Shown: positions 29,550-39,820 of the stretch, one piece after another | Layout of the letters: every line of letters begins with the position of its first letter | Numbering within the stretch: position 1 is the stretch's first letter | Origin: an uncultured Acidobacteriota bacterium | GTDB taxonomy: Bacteria > Acidobacteriota > Terriglobia > Versatilivoradales > Versatilivoraceae | Assembly (NCBI GenBank): GCA_963803155.1 | Contig: CAWDMN010000059.1 | Coordinates: forward strand, 99,603 to 163,602 | Reading direction: 5' to 3' | Length of the DNA stretch: 64,000 nt | Program-made: the position numbers and the translations under genes | Notes under the pieces: generated by a model | Database searches by the model: none | Seen by the model: only the letters and a program-made list of their open reading frames with translations | Told to the model about the DNA's origin: nothing

Positions 29550-31712
29550 CTACGATTTCCTTTCCAGATCGGTGATGGCTTTCTTCACTTTCCGGATAAT
29601 ATCCCGGCTCTCCATACCGCGCGTTTTTTCTAAGAACTTGCGATAACAGGAGACTGCCTCTGAGGCTTGGCCAGCTTCCTCATTCAAAATTCCCAAATTC
29701 ATGTACGCTTGGGCAAAATCAGGGTCGCCCTGGACCGCCTTTTCAAAATAGCGGCGCGCCATTTGCTTCTGACCCTGTTGGACCGATAGAACTCCCGACA
29801 AATTGTTTGCCACTGCATGATCTGGCTTTTGTCCTAAAATCGTCCGTAGAACTCGCTGGCAGTCCGCCGTTCGAGCGAGTTCCAGATAAATAGTGGCCAA
29901 ATTTCCAAGGTTCCCCAAATCCAGAGGGTTTTGCAGCGCCGCTTCCTCCATTGATTCCATGGCATGCAGCTTGTCACCCAATTGCATGTAGACTGTTCCC
30001 AATTCGGCATGCGTCTGATCGTTGTCCGCGCCTCGCTGAATGGCTTGCTGGTAAAGCTGAATCGCGCGTTTCAGCTGTCCGGCCTGCTGCAAGCAAAACC
30101 CCATTTGCCGATAGATCAGGGGATTCGTCGAATCTTCCCGCAGGCTTTCTTCCAAAATTATTGTGGCTTCGCGGAAACGGTTCTGAACCATCAAGAGATC
30201 AGCCTTTCCAATTCGCGCCAAAATGTGAATTCGATCCTTGGGATCGGAGCCAGAGAAGTCCAATTCTATTCGCCGCGGAGTTCCAGCGCTTGCGTATCCT
30301 AGTGACTGAAGTTGGCGGCGTTTTTCGTCAGAGCTAGCTTGAATTTCCAAATGCTCGGTCCCATTCGCGTTGTCCGCGGCTTCCCGCATTTTTTGGCGAA
30401 GTTCCCTCACCGGGCTTGGAAATTGAGCAACAACATTTTTGGTTTCCCCGGCATCATCGCTTATTTTATAAAGTTCCGGTTTCGGGGCATCGATCAGTTT
30501 CCAATCCTTAGTGCGCAAGCCGCGCAGCTCCGACCAGCCAAGATGCGTCTTCGGATAGATCGTTTCCATGTAACTGAATTGGGCGGCAAAGGATCTGCCC
30601 TCCAGTATCGCAGGCAAAACCGAGAGACCTTGGATTTTTCTGTCCTGAGATAATCCCAGATATTCCAAAATTGTCGGCATCACATCGATGGTTCTAACCT
30701 GATCGTCAATCACACGATGGCCGGGGAGTCCAGGTCCCGCCATTACCCAAGGTATGTGCATGGTTGAATCGTAGAGAAAGACACCATGTGTAGATTCACC
30801 ATGTTCTCCCAGACTCTCCCCATGATCGGAAAGAAGGGCGACCAAAGTCGTCTTCTCCAATCCCAAGCGAGTCAACCCATTCAGCAACTCACCAATCTGT
30901 GCATCCACATAGGCCACTTCGCCGGCGTAAACATCATTGGCGTATCGCGAGCGATATGGCTCCGGAGGGTTGTAAGGGAAATGTGGATCGAAGTAGTGAG
31001 CCCACAGAAAAAAACGTTGGGAGGACTCCGCCCCCTTTTCCTTTGGAAGGCCGGTCAGCCATTCCAGGGCACGGCGTGTTACCACTTCCCCACGCAATTC
31101 GGCTACTTCTCCTTGCGACTGGCTGTGTTGTGACGAGTCCTTCATATCGTCAAAATAGACATCAAATCCCTTGTTCAGGCCGCATCGACGATGGAGCATG
31201 GCGGAACCGATCACCGCGGCAGTGTGGAATCCCGCCGACTTCACGCAACTGGCGAGTGTAGGAATCCGGTCATCCAACTTAAACCCCTCCAAGTCGCGAA
31301 CCTTATGTTTACTAGGATATGTTCCCGTCATGATGGAGGCATGGGATGGAGGAGTCAGCGGGACTTGCGCGAAGGCTTGATTAAATCGCACACCGCTCGC
31401 GGCAAGTCGGTCGATCCAGGGAGTAGCTGCCCTGGCCTTTCCGTAACAAGTCAAGTAATCGGGGCGAAGTGTATCAATCGTGATCAACAGCACATTCACG
31501 CCGGTTGAGATTCGTTTCGGGTTTTGGCTTTCCCTCTGATGGGATTTAGGCTGGCAAGCAGCCAAAAACAAGAACGCTACTGTAAATAGCAAGCCACCTC
31601 CCCATTTACTTAAGCAAATTCCGGTCCGCATGCTAGGAACACTGCAGGATGCCCCCGAAAGCATTGATCTCATATAGCGGCTCGAAATTCTGTAGCTCGA
31701 TTCTTCACTCAT
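29550..31712 (-). CDS. Alkaline-phosphatase-superfamily sulfatase-like hydrolase/transferase fused to C-terminal TPR repeats; lipoprotein-type signal
   Basis: N-terminal VLLITIDTLRPDYL (metal-binding Asp region). The nucleophile-motif position reads LTPPSH rather than C/S-x-P-x-R. The C-terminal ~250 aa are TPR-like (AELGTVYMQLGD.., AYMNLGILNEEAGQ..). LFLAAC lipobox. Confidence 0.55.
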   Translation of the reverse strand: MSEESSYRISSRYMRSMLSGASCSVPSMRTGICLSKWGGGLLFTVAFLFLAACQPKSHQRESQNPKRISTGVNVLLITIDTLRPDYLTCYGKARAATPWIDRLAASGVRFNQAFAQVPLTPPSHASIMTGTYPSKHKVRDLEGFKLDDRIPTLASCVKSAGFHTAAVIGSAMLHRRCGLNKGFDVYFDDMKDSSQHSQSQGEVAELRGEVVTRRALEWLTGLPKEKGAESSQRFFLWAHYFDPHFPYNPPEPYRSRYANDVYAGEVAYVDAQIGELLNGLTRLGLEKTTLVALLSDHGESLGEHGESTHGVFLYDSTMHIPWVMAGPGLPGHRVIDDQVRTIDVMPTILEYLGLSQDRKIQGLSVLPAILEGRSFAAQFSYMETIYPKTHLGWSELRGLRTKDWKLIDAPKPELYKISDDAGETKNVVAQFPSPVRELRQKMREAADNANGTEHLEIQASSDEKRRQLQSLGYASAGTPRRIELDFSGSDPKDRIHILARIGKADLLMVQNRFREATIILEESLREDSTNPLIYRQMGFCLQQAGQLKRAIQLYQQAIQRGADNDQTHAELGTVYMQLGDKLHAMESMEEAALQNPLDLGNLGNLATIYLELARTADCQRVLRTILGQKPDHAVANNLSGVLSVQQGQKQMARRYFEKAVQGDPDFAQAYMNLGILNEEAGQASEAVSCYRKFLEKTRGMESRDIIRKVKKAITDLERKS

Positions 31713-31920
31713 GGCGGAAACGATGATCCGGTGTGCGGTAGCAACTTATGTGCTAGACAGATTTCTCCCCCATTTTAACGCTTCCATGAAGATAGGAGGG
31801 AAAATTTAGAAAGGGGCCGGCCCCGACCTCCTCAAAAGGACGGGGATTAAGGCCGGCACATTTATTCAGAATGGGAATAAGTCCATAAATCAGCTATTCG
31901 TCAAAATCACAAAAGGCTCG

Positions 31921-34900
31921 TCACCACTGAAACTTGACGGAAAATTGCATGCTTCTCGGATCGGTTTGCACATTAGTAATTCTGCCAAACTCGCAATCAA
32001 AAATGTGCACAAGGTCAGTAGTCCCATCTGCTTTGGGTGGGAGGCACCAACGATTATCTGGGATGCCCAGATTTTGGTGGTTAAACGCGTTGAAGACATC
32101 CCAGCGGAAATTAAATATCCGGCTCTCCGAGATTTTGAACGATTTGCCCAAAGACATATCCGCATTCCAGTACCCGGGAGTACGGCCGCCATTGGGCCTG
32201 ATCCCCGCATTCCCCCACTGCCACCAGCTATCCACCTTATCATAGTCAACAGTAGTTCCGTCTGCATAAGTGCCGGTGGAGAGAGCAGTGACCAACGCAT
32301 CATCGATTCCATAAGGCGGAGTGAAGGCCGCGGGATTGTAATACTGCTGTTCCAATTGTTGCCGGGTCTTTCCAGAACGTCCCGCACTCGGATCTCCAAC
32401 CAAGTTTAAACGGTTAGTCCAAATGCCGCCCTGATAGTTATAGAACTGCCGGAAAAACATGGGGACTCCGCTTTGGGCATTCCAATTCTGAGTCCACTTC
32501 CAACCTCCAAAAATCGCGTTAGCCAGGCCTTTTCCATTGATGAATCGTTTTCCCTGTCCGAATGGCAACTCATAAGTCACGGCAACATTAAACACCTGAG
32601 GAGTATCATCCGGTGACAAGCTGTAGCCGCTGCGCCGATTACTAGGATCATTGGACCAAGTGTGCGTGCTGCCATCGGCCACACCGCCCCCTGCTGCTCC
32701 AGGAATGTAGGCGATTCTTCCCACGCCTTTGCCAATCGTCGTGGGGCCTGTGCTGTTGGCTACCATTGCTCCTAGTCCGGCACTGACAATATTCTTGGAG
32801 ATCGTGTATGCGACCAAAAAATTGAGGCCGTGCGTGGGCCGTTTCTCAATCCTGAATTGGGCGGAATGGTATTTGTTCGTTCCATCTGGCCAAAGTAATG
32901 GAGAAATACCGTAATATTGAGGATAGGGAGTCAAGGTCAACCATCCGGGACATTGAGATTTTCCGGTTGCCGAATCCGTTCCGCACCAGCCGTAAATTTT
33001 ATCCAACGAGGGATCTCCCGGCACAGCTCCATACATCTGGCTTCGAAGGCTTTGCCAGGTTTTGGTTGGAGCCACGTCGATGTTTTCCAATTCATCTCCG
33101 AAAAGATGCGTCCCATGACTACCCGCATAACCAGCGCTGATCATCATGTTGCCGGGCAGTTCCCGTTGCAGGAAGAAACTCCATTGTTGCACGGCTGGAT
33201 CATGAGACGCCTTTAGAAATGGCATCATTTGACGGCCCAATAGCTGCGCTTGGTTCTTCTGGTTTTCCGCCAGATCTGGCACCGCAAGTGGCGCGGGTGC
33301 CCCTTGACTCAAAATGAATAATGGAGTGACACCGCTGGCATCCGTTCTTGGCACTTGCACAGGGAATGAAAAACCTGGAGTGCTAACAGCTCCAAGGCCT
33401 TGGCCAAAAAGAGCCGACATACTATTGCTGTAAACCATTCCGTATCCGCCACGGATCACCGTCTTCCCACTCCCGCCCGGAGACCAGGAGAAACCGAAGC
33501 GCGGCCCAAAGCTGTTCTTGTTGGCTGGGAAAAGATTGCGGTCGGGATGCATCGATGAACCCATATATTCCAGCCTTCCCTTAAATGCGGGTGCCTCAGG
33601 ATTGGTTTCATCAAAATTGATATTGGCCAAAGCATTGTGTCTCTCGCGAATCCAGCCCATAACGTCGTAGCGCAATCCAATGCTAACGGTCAGGTTCGGT
33701 TTGATTCGGAATTCGTCTTGACCGTACGCTCCCCATTCATCGTTGGTCTGCCAGGGGGAATATTGAACACCGGTACTGGCGCCACCCTCATAAAGGGATT
33801 GACCAACCCATCCCAACAAGAAGGTCGCCAAACCTGAGCCTCCTAAACCCGTAACAGGATCGGCCGTAGACCAACCATCAAAGTTAATGTTGTAACCATA
33901 GGCGGCCTGGGAATTCCAAAGATTGTTTCGACGGAATGATAATCCTGTCTTCAAAGTGTGGCGTCCTATCACTTTGGTCAAATTGTCGCTTGCTGTGTAC
34001 GCCTGCTGACCTTGGACGGTGTTCTGCCACTGAGCAGGTCCTAAGGAGTAGTAGTTGTAACTATCGCCGAAATTGATGTTGGGCACGGGTTGGAGCGGAT
34101 CGAAGAGGTAAAAATTCAATCCTTTGACTTTCTGTTTTACGGTTTCAGTTTGCGTTACATCTTCAGAATTCGCTTTGGAGATCAAACTTTGACGTGAAAA
34201 TGAAAAACGGGCTTCATTGATTATGGTGGAGCCAATAGTCGACGTCAGACCAATGATCGCCAACTGGTTTTTCGTATCATAGGGTTGAGCCCCAGCTACC
34301 CCCGTATTCAGCGGCGCGGAAGGACCATTCCAAGGGTAGCGAAAATTGGTGTAATAGCTGGGATTGTACATCCAGGTGACAAATAACTTATTCTTATCAT
34401 TAATTACGTGATCAATCTTGGTCAAAATATTATGGGTGGTTAGACTGCTGCCCACCGGACCTAAGAAGTTATTGCATGTGTTGCCACAGAGACCTTGCTG
34501 CAGCGGATCCAAGTAATTTGGATTGGGATACGAATCCAGGTAAAACTTGGCCAAAGGATCAATCCGGTTTTCTGGGATAATAGGAGTGGCAAAGGGTTGC
34601 CGCTGAATGTATCCATTTGCATCGGGTCCGGAATTTGTGAAGGGATCGTAGAGACAATTGGTAACCCCATTGGCAGGATCACAAACCGAGGCTATGCGGG
34701 GATCGTGGGAAAAATCCCCGTGCCGCTCCGCGGGCAGAGGGACGGTGAGCAGACGGTTTTGGTTCTGGTGAAAGAAGGAGATGTCCCAGGAACCAAAAAA
34801 GAAGGTCCGATTCTTCCCGTTATATCCGGGTAAAATCACAGGACCGCCAATCGTGCCTCCCAGAACATTATAGTTGACGCGAGGACTCAATAAAGGAGTT

Positions 34901-35766
34901 CCATTCGAATCCCGTCGGGCAAAGGGATTGGAGGCGCTGAAAAAAGAATTGCGATTAAATCCGTATAAGTTGCCGTGGAAATTGTTGGTGCCGGATTTCA
35001 TCACCACATTCACGATCGCTCCACTGGTCTTCCCGTATTCAGCAGCCAAGCCGTTGCTGACCAAATTGAATTCAGCTACGGCATCGGGGGAGGGGTTCAC
35101 TACCACGTTCTCCGCGCCGACTGATGAATTTAGCGCTCCTTCCAAGTACCAGGAATTGGCGCCGGCCTGGCTGCCATTGACGCTGATGCTCGACCCCACG
35201 TAGTGCATGGGATCGGACATCCCACCGAACTGGCTGTTCGAGCCAAAGGCCGCTCCCGAGGGCCCGCTAGACTGGATGACTCCTGGCAAGAGTTGCACCA
35301 AGGTTTGAATATCCCGTCCCTGAAGAGGAATTTCCTGTATTAACTGGGAACTGAGACTTGTCGTAAAATTTGAAGAAGTGGTTTCCAATAGGGGAGGAGC
35401 AGCCGTCACTTCCACACTTTGGGTCGGTTCACCGACCTTCATTTCCGCGTTGGTGGTGGTGATGGAACCAGCGATGGCAACTACTTCTTTTACCTCCAGT
35501 GTGCTGAAGCCAGCCGACTGAAAGCGCACTCGATATTTGCCGGGGACCAGTTCTGGCGCCAGGTAAAAACCCACCGAATTCGTCGCCAAGTGAATTTCAA
35601 CGCCAGTTTCCACATTTTGTACGAGAACCTCAACTTTGGGGATAACGGCTCCCTGTGGGTCGGTCACCGTGCCTTGGATGATGCCGCGGTCAGAAGAACC
35701 CCAGAGGGCAACAGTGGCAAACAGACAGACAATCGATGCAAAGAGGAGAATTTGGCCATGTCGTTT
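31921..35766 (-). CDS. TonB-dependent outer-membrane receptor with an N-terminal carboxypeptidase-regulatory-like domain
   Basis: About 1280 aa. GIIQGTVTDPQGAVIPKVEVLVQNVETG...YRVRFQSAGF is a CarboxypepD_reg domain. The C-terminal ...FSVKFQW ends in an aromatic residue, as TonB barrels do. Signal peptide present. Confidence 0.75.
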   Translation of the reverse strand, partial: KRHGQILLFASIVCLFATVALWGSSDRGIIQGTVTDPQGAVIPKVEVLVQNVETGVEIHLATNSVGFYLAPELVPGKYRVRFQSAGFSTLEVKEVVAIAGSITTTNAEMKVGEPTQSVEVTAAPPLLETTSSNFTTSLSSQLIQEIPLQGRDIQTLVQLLPGVIQSSGPSGAAFGSNSQFGGMSDPMHYVGSSISVNGSQAGANSWYLEGALNSSVGAENVVVNPSPDAVAEFNLVSNGLAAEYGKTSGAIVNVVMKSGTNNFHGNLYGFNRNSFFSASNPFARRDSNGTPLLSPRVNYNVLGGTIGGPVILPGYNGKNRTFFFGSWDISFFHQNQNRLLTVPLPAERHGDFSHDPRIASVCDPANGVTNCLYDPFTNSGPDANGYIQRQPFATPIIPENRIDPLAKFYLDSYPNPNYLDPLQQGLCGNTCNNFLGPVGSSLTTHNILTKIDHVINDKNKLFVTWMYNPSYYTNFRYPWNGPSAPLNTGVAGAQPYDTKNQLAIIGLTSTIGSTIINEARFSFSRQSLISKANSEDVTQTETVKQKVKGLNFYLFDPLQPVPNINFGDSYNYYSLGPAQWQNTVQGQQAYTASDNLTKVIGRHTLKTGLSFRRNNLWNSQAAYGYNINFDGWSTADPVTGLGGSGLATFLLGWVGQSLYEGGASTGVQYSPWQTNDEWGAYGQDEFRIKPNLTVSIGLRYDVMGWIRERHNALANINFDETNPEAPAFKGRLEYMGSSMHPDRNLFPANKNSFGPRFGFSWSPGGSGKTVIRGGYGMVYSNSMSALFGQGLGAVSTPGFSFPVQVPRTDASGVTPLFILSQGAPAPLAVPDLAENQKNQAQLLGRQMMPFLKASHDPAVQQWSFFLQRELPGNMMISAGYAGSHGTHLFGDELENIDVAPTKTWQSLRSQMYGAVPGDPSLDKIYGWCGTDSATGKSQCPGWLTLTPYPQYYGISPLLWPDGTNKYHSAQFRIEKRPTHGLNFLVAYTISKNIVSAGLGAMVANSTGPTTIGKGVGRIAYIPGAAGGGVADGSTHTWSNDPSNRRSGYSLSPDDTPQVFNVAVTYELPFGQGKRFINGKGLANAIFGGWKWTQNWNAQSGVPMFFRQFYNYQGGIWTNRLNLVGDPSAGRSGKTRQQLEQQYYNPAAFTPPYGIDDALVTALSTGTYADGTTVDYDKVDSWWQWGNAGIRPNGGRTPGYWNADMSLGKSFKISESRIFNFRWDVFNAFNHQNLGIPDNRWCLPPKADGTTDLVHIFDCEFGRITNVQTDPRSMQFSVKFQW

Positions 35767-36136
35767 CATTGCAGCTGCAACCTCCTTCAACTTAAAAGTG
35801 ATTTTCCTGGTTTCTCAGAAAAAAGTGATTAGTAAATGAATATCTTCACCCCAATCAACTCTTGAACGAGCCTATTTTACTTCCCGATGCTTGGACTCCG
35901 ATTGAACCAATATATATAGCCGCTGGCAATCCTTGTCAAGTGAAAAGTTTCATGAAATTTCATTGGCAAAGGGAAAAATCCCCTATAGCGGCCCTTGACA
36001 ACGCCTAGCTGTTTGAGAAATGATCATCCTGCCATGAACCATTTCATGTGAATCTGCTCCGAAGTCCCCCGTTGCTGCCCAGCTGCTTGGATAACGGAGA
36101 CCATAAATAAAATAATGAGGCAAGAGAGGAGATCTA

Positions 36137-37191
36137 TGAATTCTGACCGCTGCAAAATCATGGAGCACACTCTTAATTGTGGTTTCCGCGCAGTTACGAT
36201 GGAGAATGAATTTCTTTCAGTCACGATTCTGCCTGCCAAGGGAGCAGATATCTATCGGTTTATTTATAAGCCGCGAGGATTGGACCTGCTTTGGAAATCT
36301 CCCTGGGGTTTAAAACCCCCAGGAATTGGAATAGCTACTGCGGCCACTTCCGAGGAAGCGTGGCTGGAATGCTATGAAGGGGGGTGGCAGGAAATATTTC
36401 CGAATGGCGGCGATGCCTGTATCTACAAGGGTTGTCACTTAAACTTTCATGGCGAGGTTTCCACTCTCTCTTGGGATTATAGTTTGGAGTCTGCCAAAGA
36501 TTTTGCTCGTGCGGACTTTACCGTTTCGACTTTTCGCAGTCCCTTTAAGTTAACTAGGTCCATGATCCTGGAATCCGGAAAACCGCATCTGCGGATCATT
36601 GAAAGAATTACAAACCTTGCGGAAGAAGATATGCATTTCATGTGGGGTCATCACCCAGCGTTTGGGGCACCATTCCTGAATGAAAACGTCACCATCCAGA
36701 TGCCCCGTGCGATTTTCCAAGCCCATCACACTGAGATTTCGCCGCTTTCCCAAATTTTGGCGGGAACAGAGTCCCCCTGGCCCATGATTCCCGGGAAATC
36801 ACACATGATCGACATGAGCCGAATCCCACCGCCGAGTGAACGTCATTGTGAATTTGGTTATTTACGGGAATTGGAGGCCGGGTGGTATGCTCTTTCCAAT
36901 AAAGAGTATGATTTCACCTTTGGATTGGCGTGGCCGTTGGAAGTCTTTCCTTACCTCTGGTTCTGGCAGGAATTGCGCGGTTCTTTCGGATTTCCCTGGC
37001 ACGGTCGTTGCTATGTCATGGCGATCGAACCCTTCTCCAGCATTCCCGGAACCGGCTTGGAGAATGCCATCGCATCCGGAACCGCACCAATACTTCAACC
37101 AGGAGACAGTATTGAAGCTGAACTGACTGCCGTGTTTTTGCAGGGATGTAAGCCAATCCGCACTTTGACGCTAGACGGTGAAATGCATTAA
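36137..37191 (+). CDS. Hypothetical protein (possibly DUF4432 / aldose-1-epimerase-like fold)
   Basis: SD agagagga 5 nt before the ATG at 36137. No diagnostic catalytic motif recognised. Confidence 0.3.
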
Positions 37192-37248
37192 TCCCCACAG
37201 CCGCAGTAGAGTGGCAATCCATCAGGCTGAGAGGCTCCTGCCTAAGCC

Positions 37249-38361
37249 CTATCCCTTCATCTGGGCGTAGGACTTCAACGCAGTCAGCAGAGGCCCCTGC
37301 CCCCATGGAACCATGGCATTCCGAGGCATTTGACGGTAATGTTCGACACGAGTGCTGGGAAACGTTTCATAGGAGACTCCTGTGAGAAGCCCTTCTGCGC
37401 TGGTGTTTTCCAACACAAAAGCCAAGGCTGACTCAACGATCGGAGCAAACTGGGACTGCTCCAGCCATCCCCGCCGCATGCCATGAGAAAAAGCGTCCAC
37501 CATAAAAGCCGCGATGGAAGTTTCAATGTAGGAGGAAGGGTCATTCAAAACGGTATGCCAACCGCCGTTGCTCTCCTGTAATTGGAGAAGCCGCAAACTT
37601 TGCTTTTGAAAAACATGCAGGATTGCCTGGCTCCCCGCATCTTCCGGAGGCAGATATTCCAGGGTGTGGACGAGCCCGAGTATTCCCCATCCATTGCCGC
37701 GCCCCCATAATACCCCGTTGGGTGAGCGGGTTTTCTCGATCCAAAAGTGGTGGAAAAGGTTCTCCCTTGGATCGAACAATAATTCAATCTGCGGCAGAAT
37801 ATTCTCGAGCGCCAATCGTCGATATTCCTCCTCGCCCGTCATCTGGAAGAGCTTTGAAAAGAACGGACCATCAAAATGCACCGAGTCGACAAAAACGCAA
37901 GGCCCCCCGTTGCTGACACGTGCGGCCATCTCCTCGGCCCTTCCGAAATCGGGATGATCCGTCGGCAACTCTGGAGGGAGTTCAATGGCCGCATTTTCAT
38001 AACGGAGAAAAGCCCCCGCTTGAGTCCGGCGGAAAGCGGCCATATATTGAGCATGTCGCCGGGCAGCCTCTAGCAGTGCAACATCCTGAGTCTTTTCGTA
38101 AACGCGCAAAAGCGAGACTCCCGGAGCCGTGTAATCAAACTCGCCGCGAAACTGTTCCCGCGCGAGCCAGCCTTTTAACAAACCATGCACGAATCCCAGG
38201 TACCGTTGATCGCCAGTCAATTCGGAAGCGTCCAGCAATCCTTCCAGTCCGATGGAATCTCCCCAAAACCAGAGCTTCCAGCGGTAATTTAACAATTGCA
38301 AAGCGGCATGCGTCGAAACCATCCGCAATTTTTCAACCGCATATTGAGGTTGAGTGTTCAT
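37249..38361 (-). CDS. Six-hairpin glycosidase, GH88/GH105-like unsaturated glycuronyl / rhamnogalacturonyl hydrolase
   Basis: 370 aa. WFWGDSIGLEGLLDA and the overall length and pattern resemble the GH88/105 (alpha/alpha)6 family. Tentative. Confidence 0.4.
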   Translation of the reverse strand: MNTQPQYAVEKLRMVSTHAALQLLNYRWKLWFWGDSIGLEGLLDASELTGDQRYLGFVHGLLKGWLAREQFRGEFDYTAPGVSLLRVYEKTQDVALLEAARRHAQYMAAFRRTQAGAFLRYENAAIELPPELPTDHPDFGRAEEMAARVSNGGPCVFVDSVHFDGPFFSKLFQMTGEEEYRRLALENILPQIELLFDPRENLFHHFWIEKTRSPNGVLWGRGNGWGILGLVHTLEYLPPEDAGSQAILHVFQKQSLRLLQLQESNGGWHTVLNDPSSYIETSIAAFMVDAFSHGMRRGWLEQSQFAPIVESALAFVLENTSAEGLLTGVSYETFPSTRVEHYRQMPRNAMVPWGQGPLLTALKSYAQMKG

Positions 38362-38371
38362 AGCCGTAATC

Positions 38372-39313
38372 CTAGTCCATCCGATCTTTCAGTAAGATTA
38401 AAGTGGTTCCAATCAAAACCAGAATGCCGCCCATAATTGCATGGGGGGTGATCCTTTCTTTCAGGATCAGGGCAGACAATAAGATCCCAAAAAAAGGGAG
38501 AAGATAAATGGATAAAGAAACCTGCGTAACTTCAAGCCGCGTTAAAACCCGGAAGAAAATAACCATCGCAAGACCAAAGGGGAACATTCCCAAGATTGCC
38601 AATCCAATCCAAGTCCGCCAAGAGAAAGATGAGAAAGTACTCCAATTCACGGGCTCCAAGCAAAAAAGCAATATCAGACACAAAAAGGAAGTAAAAAAGT
38701 ATGAACCAATCAACAAGCGCACTGGGCGGAAACGTTCCAAGAGCCCTTTGCTAAAAACATTCGTAAAGGCGCTTCCCGCACATCCGATGAGAATCAGAGC
38801 ATTCCCAGCCAAATAGGTGGAGTTGAATACATTCACACTTCCCCATTTGATTTCTGAAGACAGAGCTGCTCCGCTCACTCCCAAGAAAAAGCTGATCCAT
38901 CGCCAACGGGACATTCGTTCCTTCCGCACCATTGCTGCAAGTAAGGCTGTAAAAATGGGAATCATAAGTGTCAAGAGAGCCGCATTTGAAGCGAGGGATC
39001 GCTCAATTCCCCAGGCAAGCACAACTGAACCAGGCAACAAACCCGCCACCGTCACCATTAAAAATGGGAACAAATTTTTTCTGCGGAAAAGGTCGCACAA
39101 TCTTTCTTGCCTCGCCTCCGATTTCGTCTCGATGATATAAAACGGGACCAGGCATAAAGCCCCTAAAAGCAGAGTCATCAGGGCGAGCAAAACAGGTCCA
39201 AAATCAATCACAGCCATCTTCATGGCGGGATACTGGGCGCCAAACATCAAGTTACAAAGAATGAGAAGAGACAAATCCCGCCAGTGGGAGAAAGACTTTT
39301 CACCACTTGACAT
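38372..39313 (-). CDS. DMT-superfamily (EamA-like) transporter
   Basis: 313 aa, about 10 predicted TM helices arranged as two EamA-like halves. Confidence 0.6.
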   Translation of the reverse strand: MSSGEKSFSHWRDLSLLILCNLMFGAQYPAMKMAVIDFGPVLLALMTLLLGALCLVPFYIIETKSEARQERLCDLFRRKNLFPFLMVTVAGLLPGSVVLAWGIERSLASNAALLTLMIPIFTALLAAMVRKERMSRWRWISFFLGVSGAALSSEIKWGSVNVFNSTYLAGNALILIGCAGSAFTNVFSKGLLERFRPVRLLIGSYFFTSFLCLILLFCLEPVNWSTFSSFSWRTWIGLAILGMFPFGLAMVIFFRVLTRLEVTQVSLSIYLLPFFGILLSALILKERITPHAIMGGILVLIGTTLILLKDRMD

Positions 39314-39820
39314 TTGGATACCTCACGCCCCTGTTCAGGACAGACTGGAGTGGGATCAGGAATCACTTATCGTAGATTTAAAGCAAATTATCCTGAGTCT
39401 GCAATGAATTGTTTCATAAGGACGCAAGATTATTAAGAAACAACGGAAATTGTCAATCGATTTGTTTTGCCATAAACGTATGATTCTTATGAGCAATGAG
39501 TAATTGGCGGGGCTTCCTTCCCTCAGTCAAAGAAACAGTTGACAACTCTGAAGGAAATTCATAGATTACATTTTTCATGAATTATTTCATTGTAGCTCGG
39601 CATAACCATTCGTTCGTCAATTCCCCCGAGGCAGAAAACGACGATATTAAACCTGGAAATCCGAACCTCATCATGATCTGGTCTTTGGAGAATGAGGATG
39701 CAACTCAGATCTGATGATCAGCTAGAACTCTTGTTGACTGCTAAGAGTGGCCTTTCGAAACGACAATTACGAGTGGAATGACATCCATTGAATTCCAATT
39801 TGATTTCAAGGAGGACGAGC

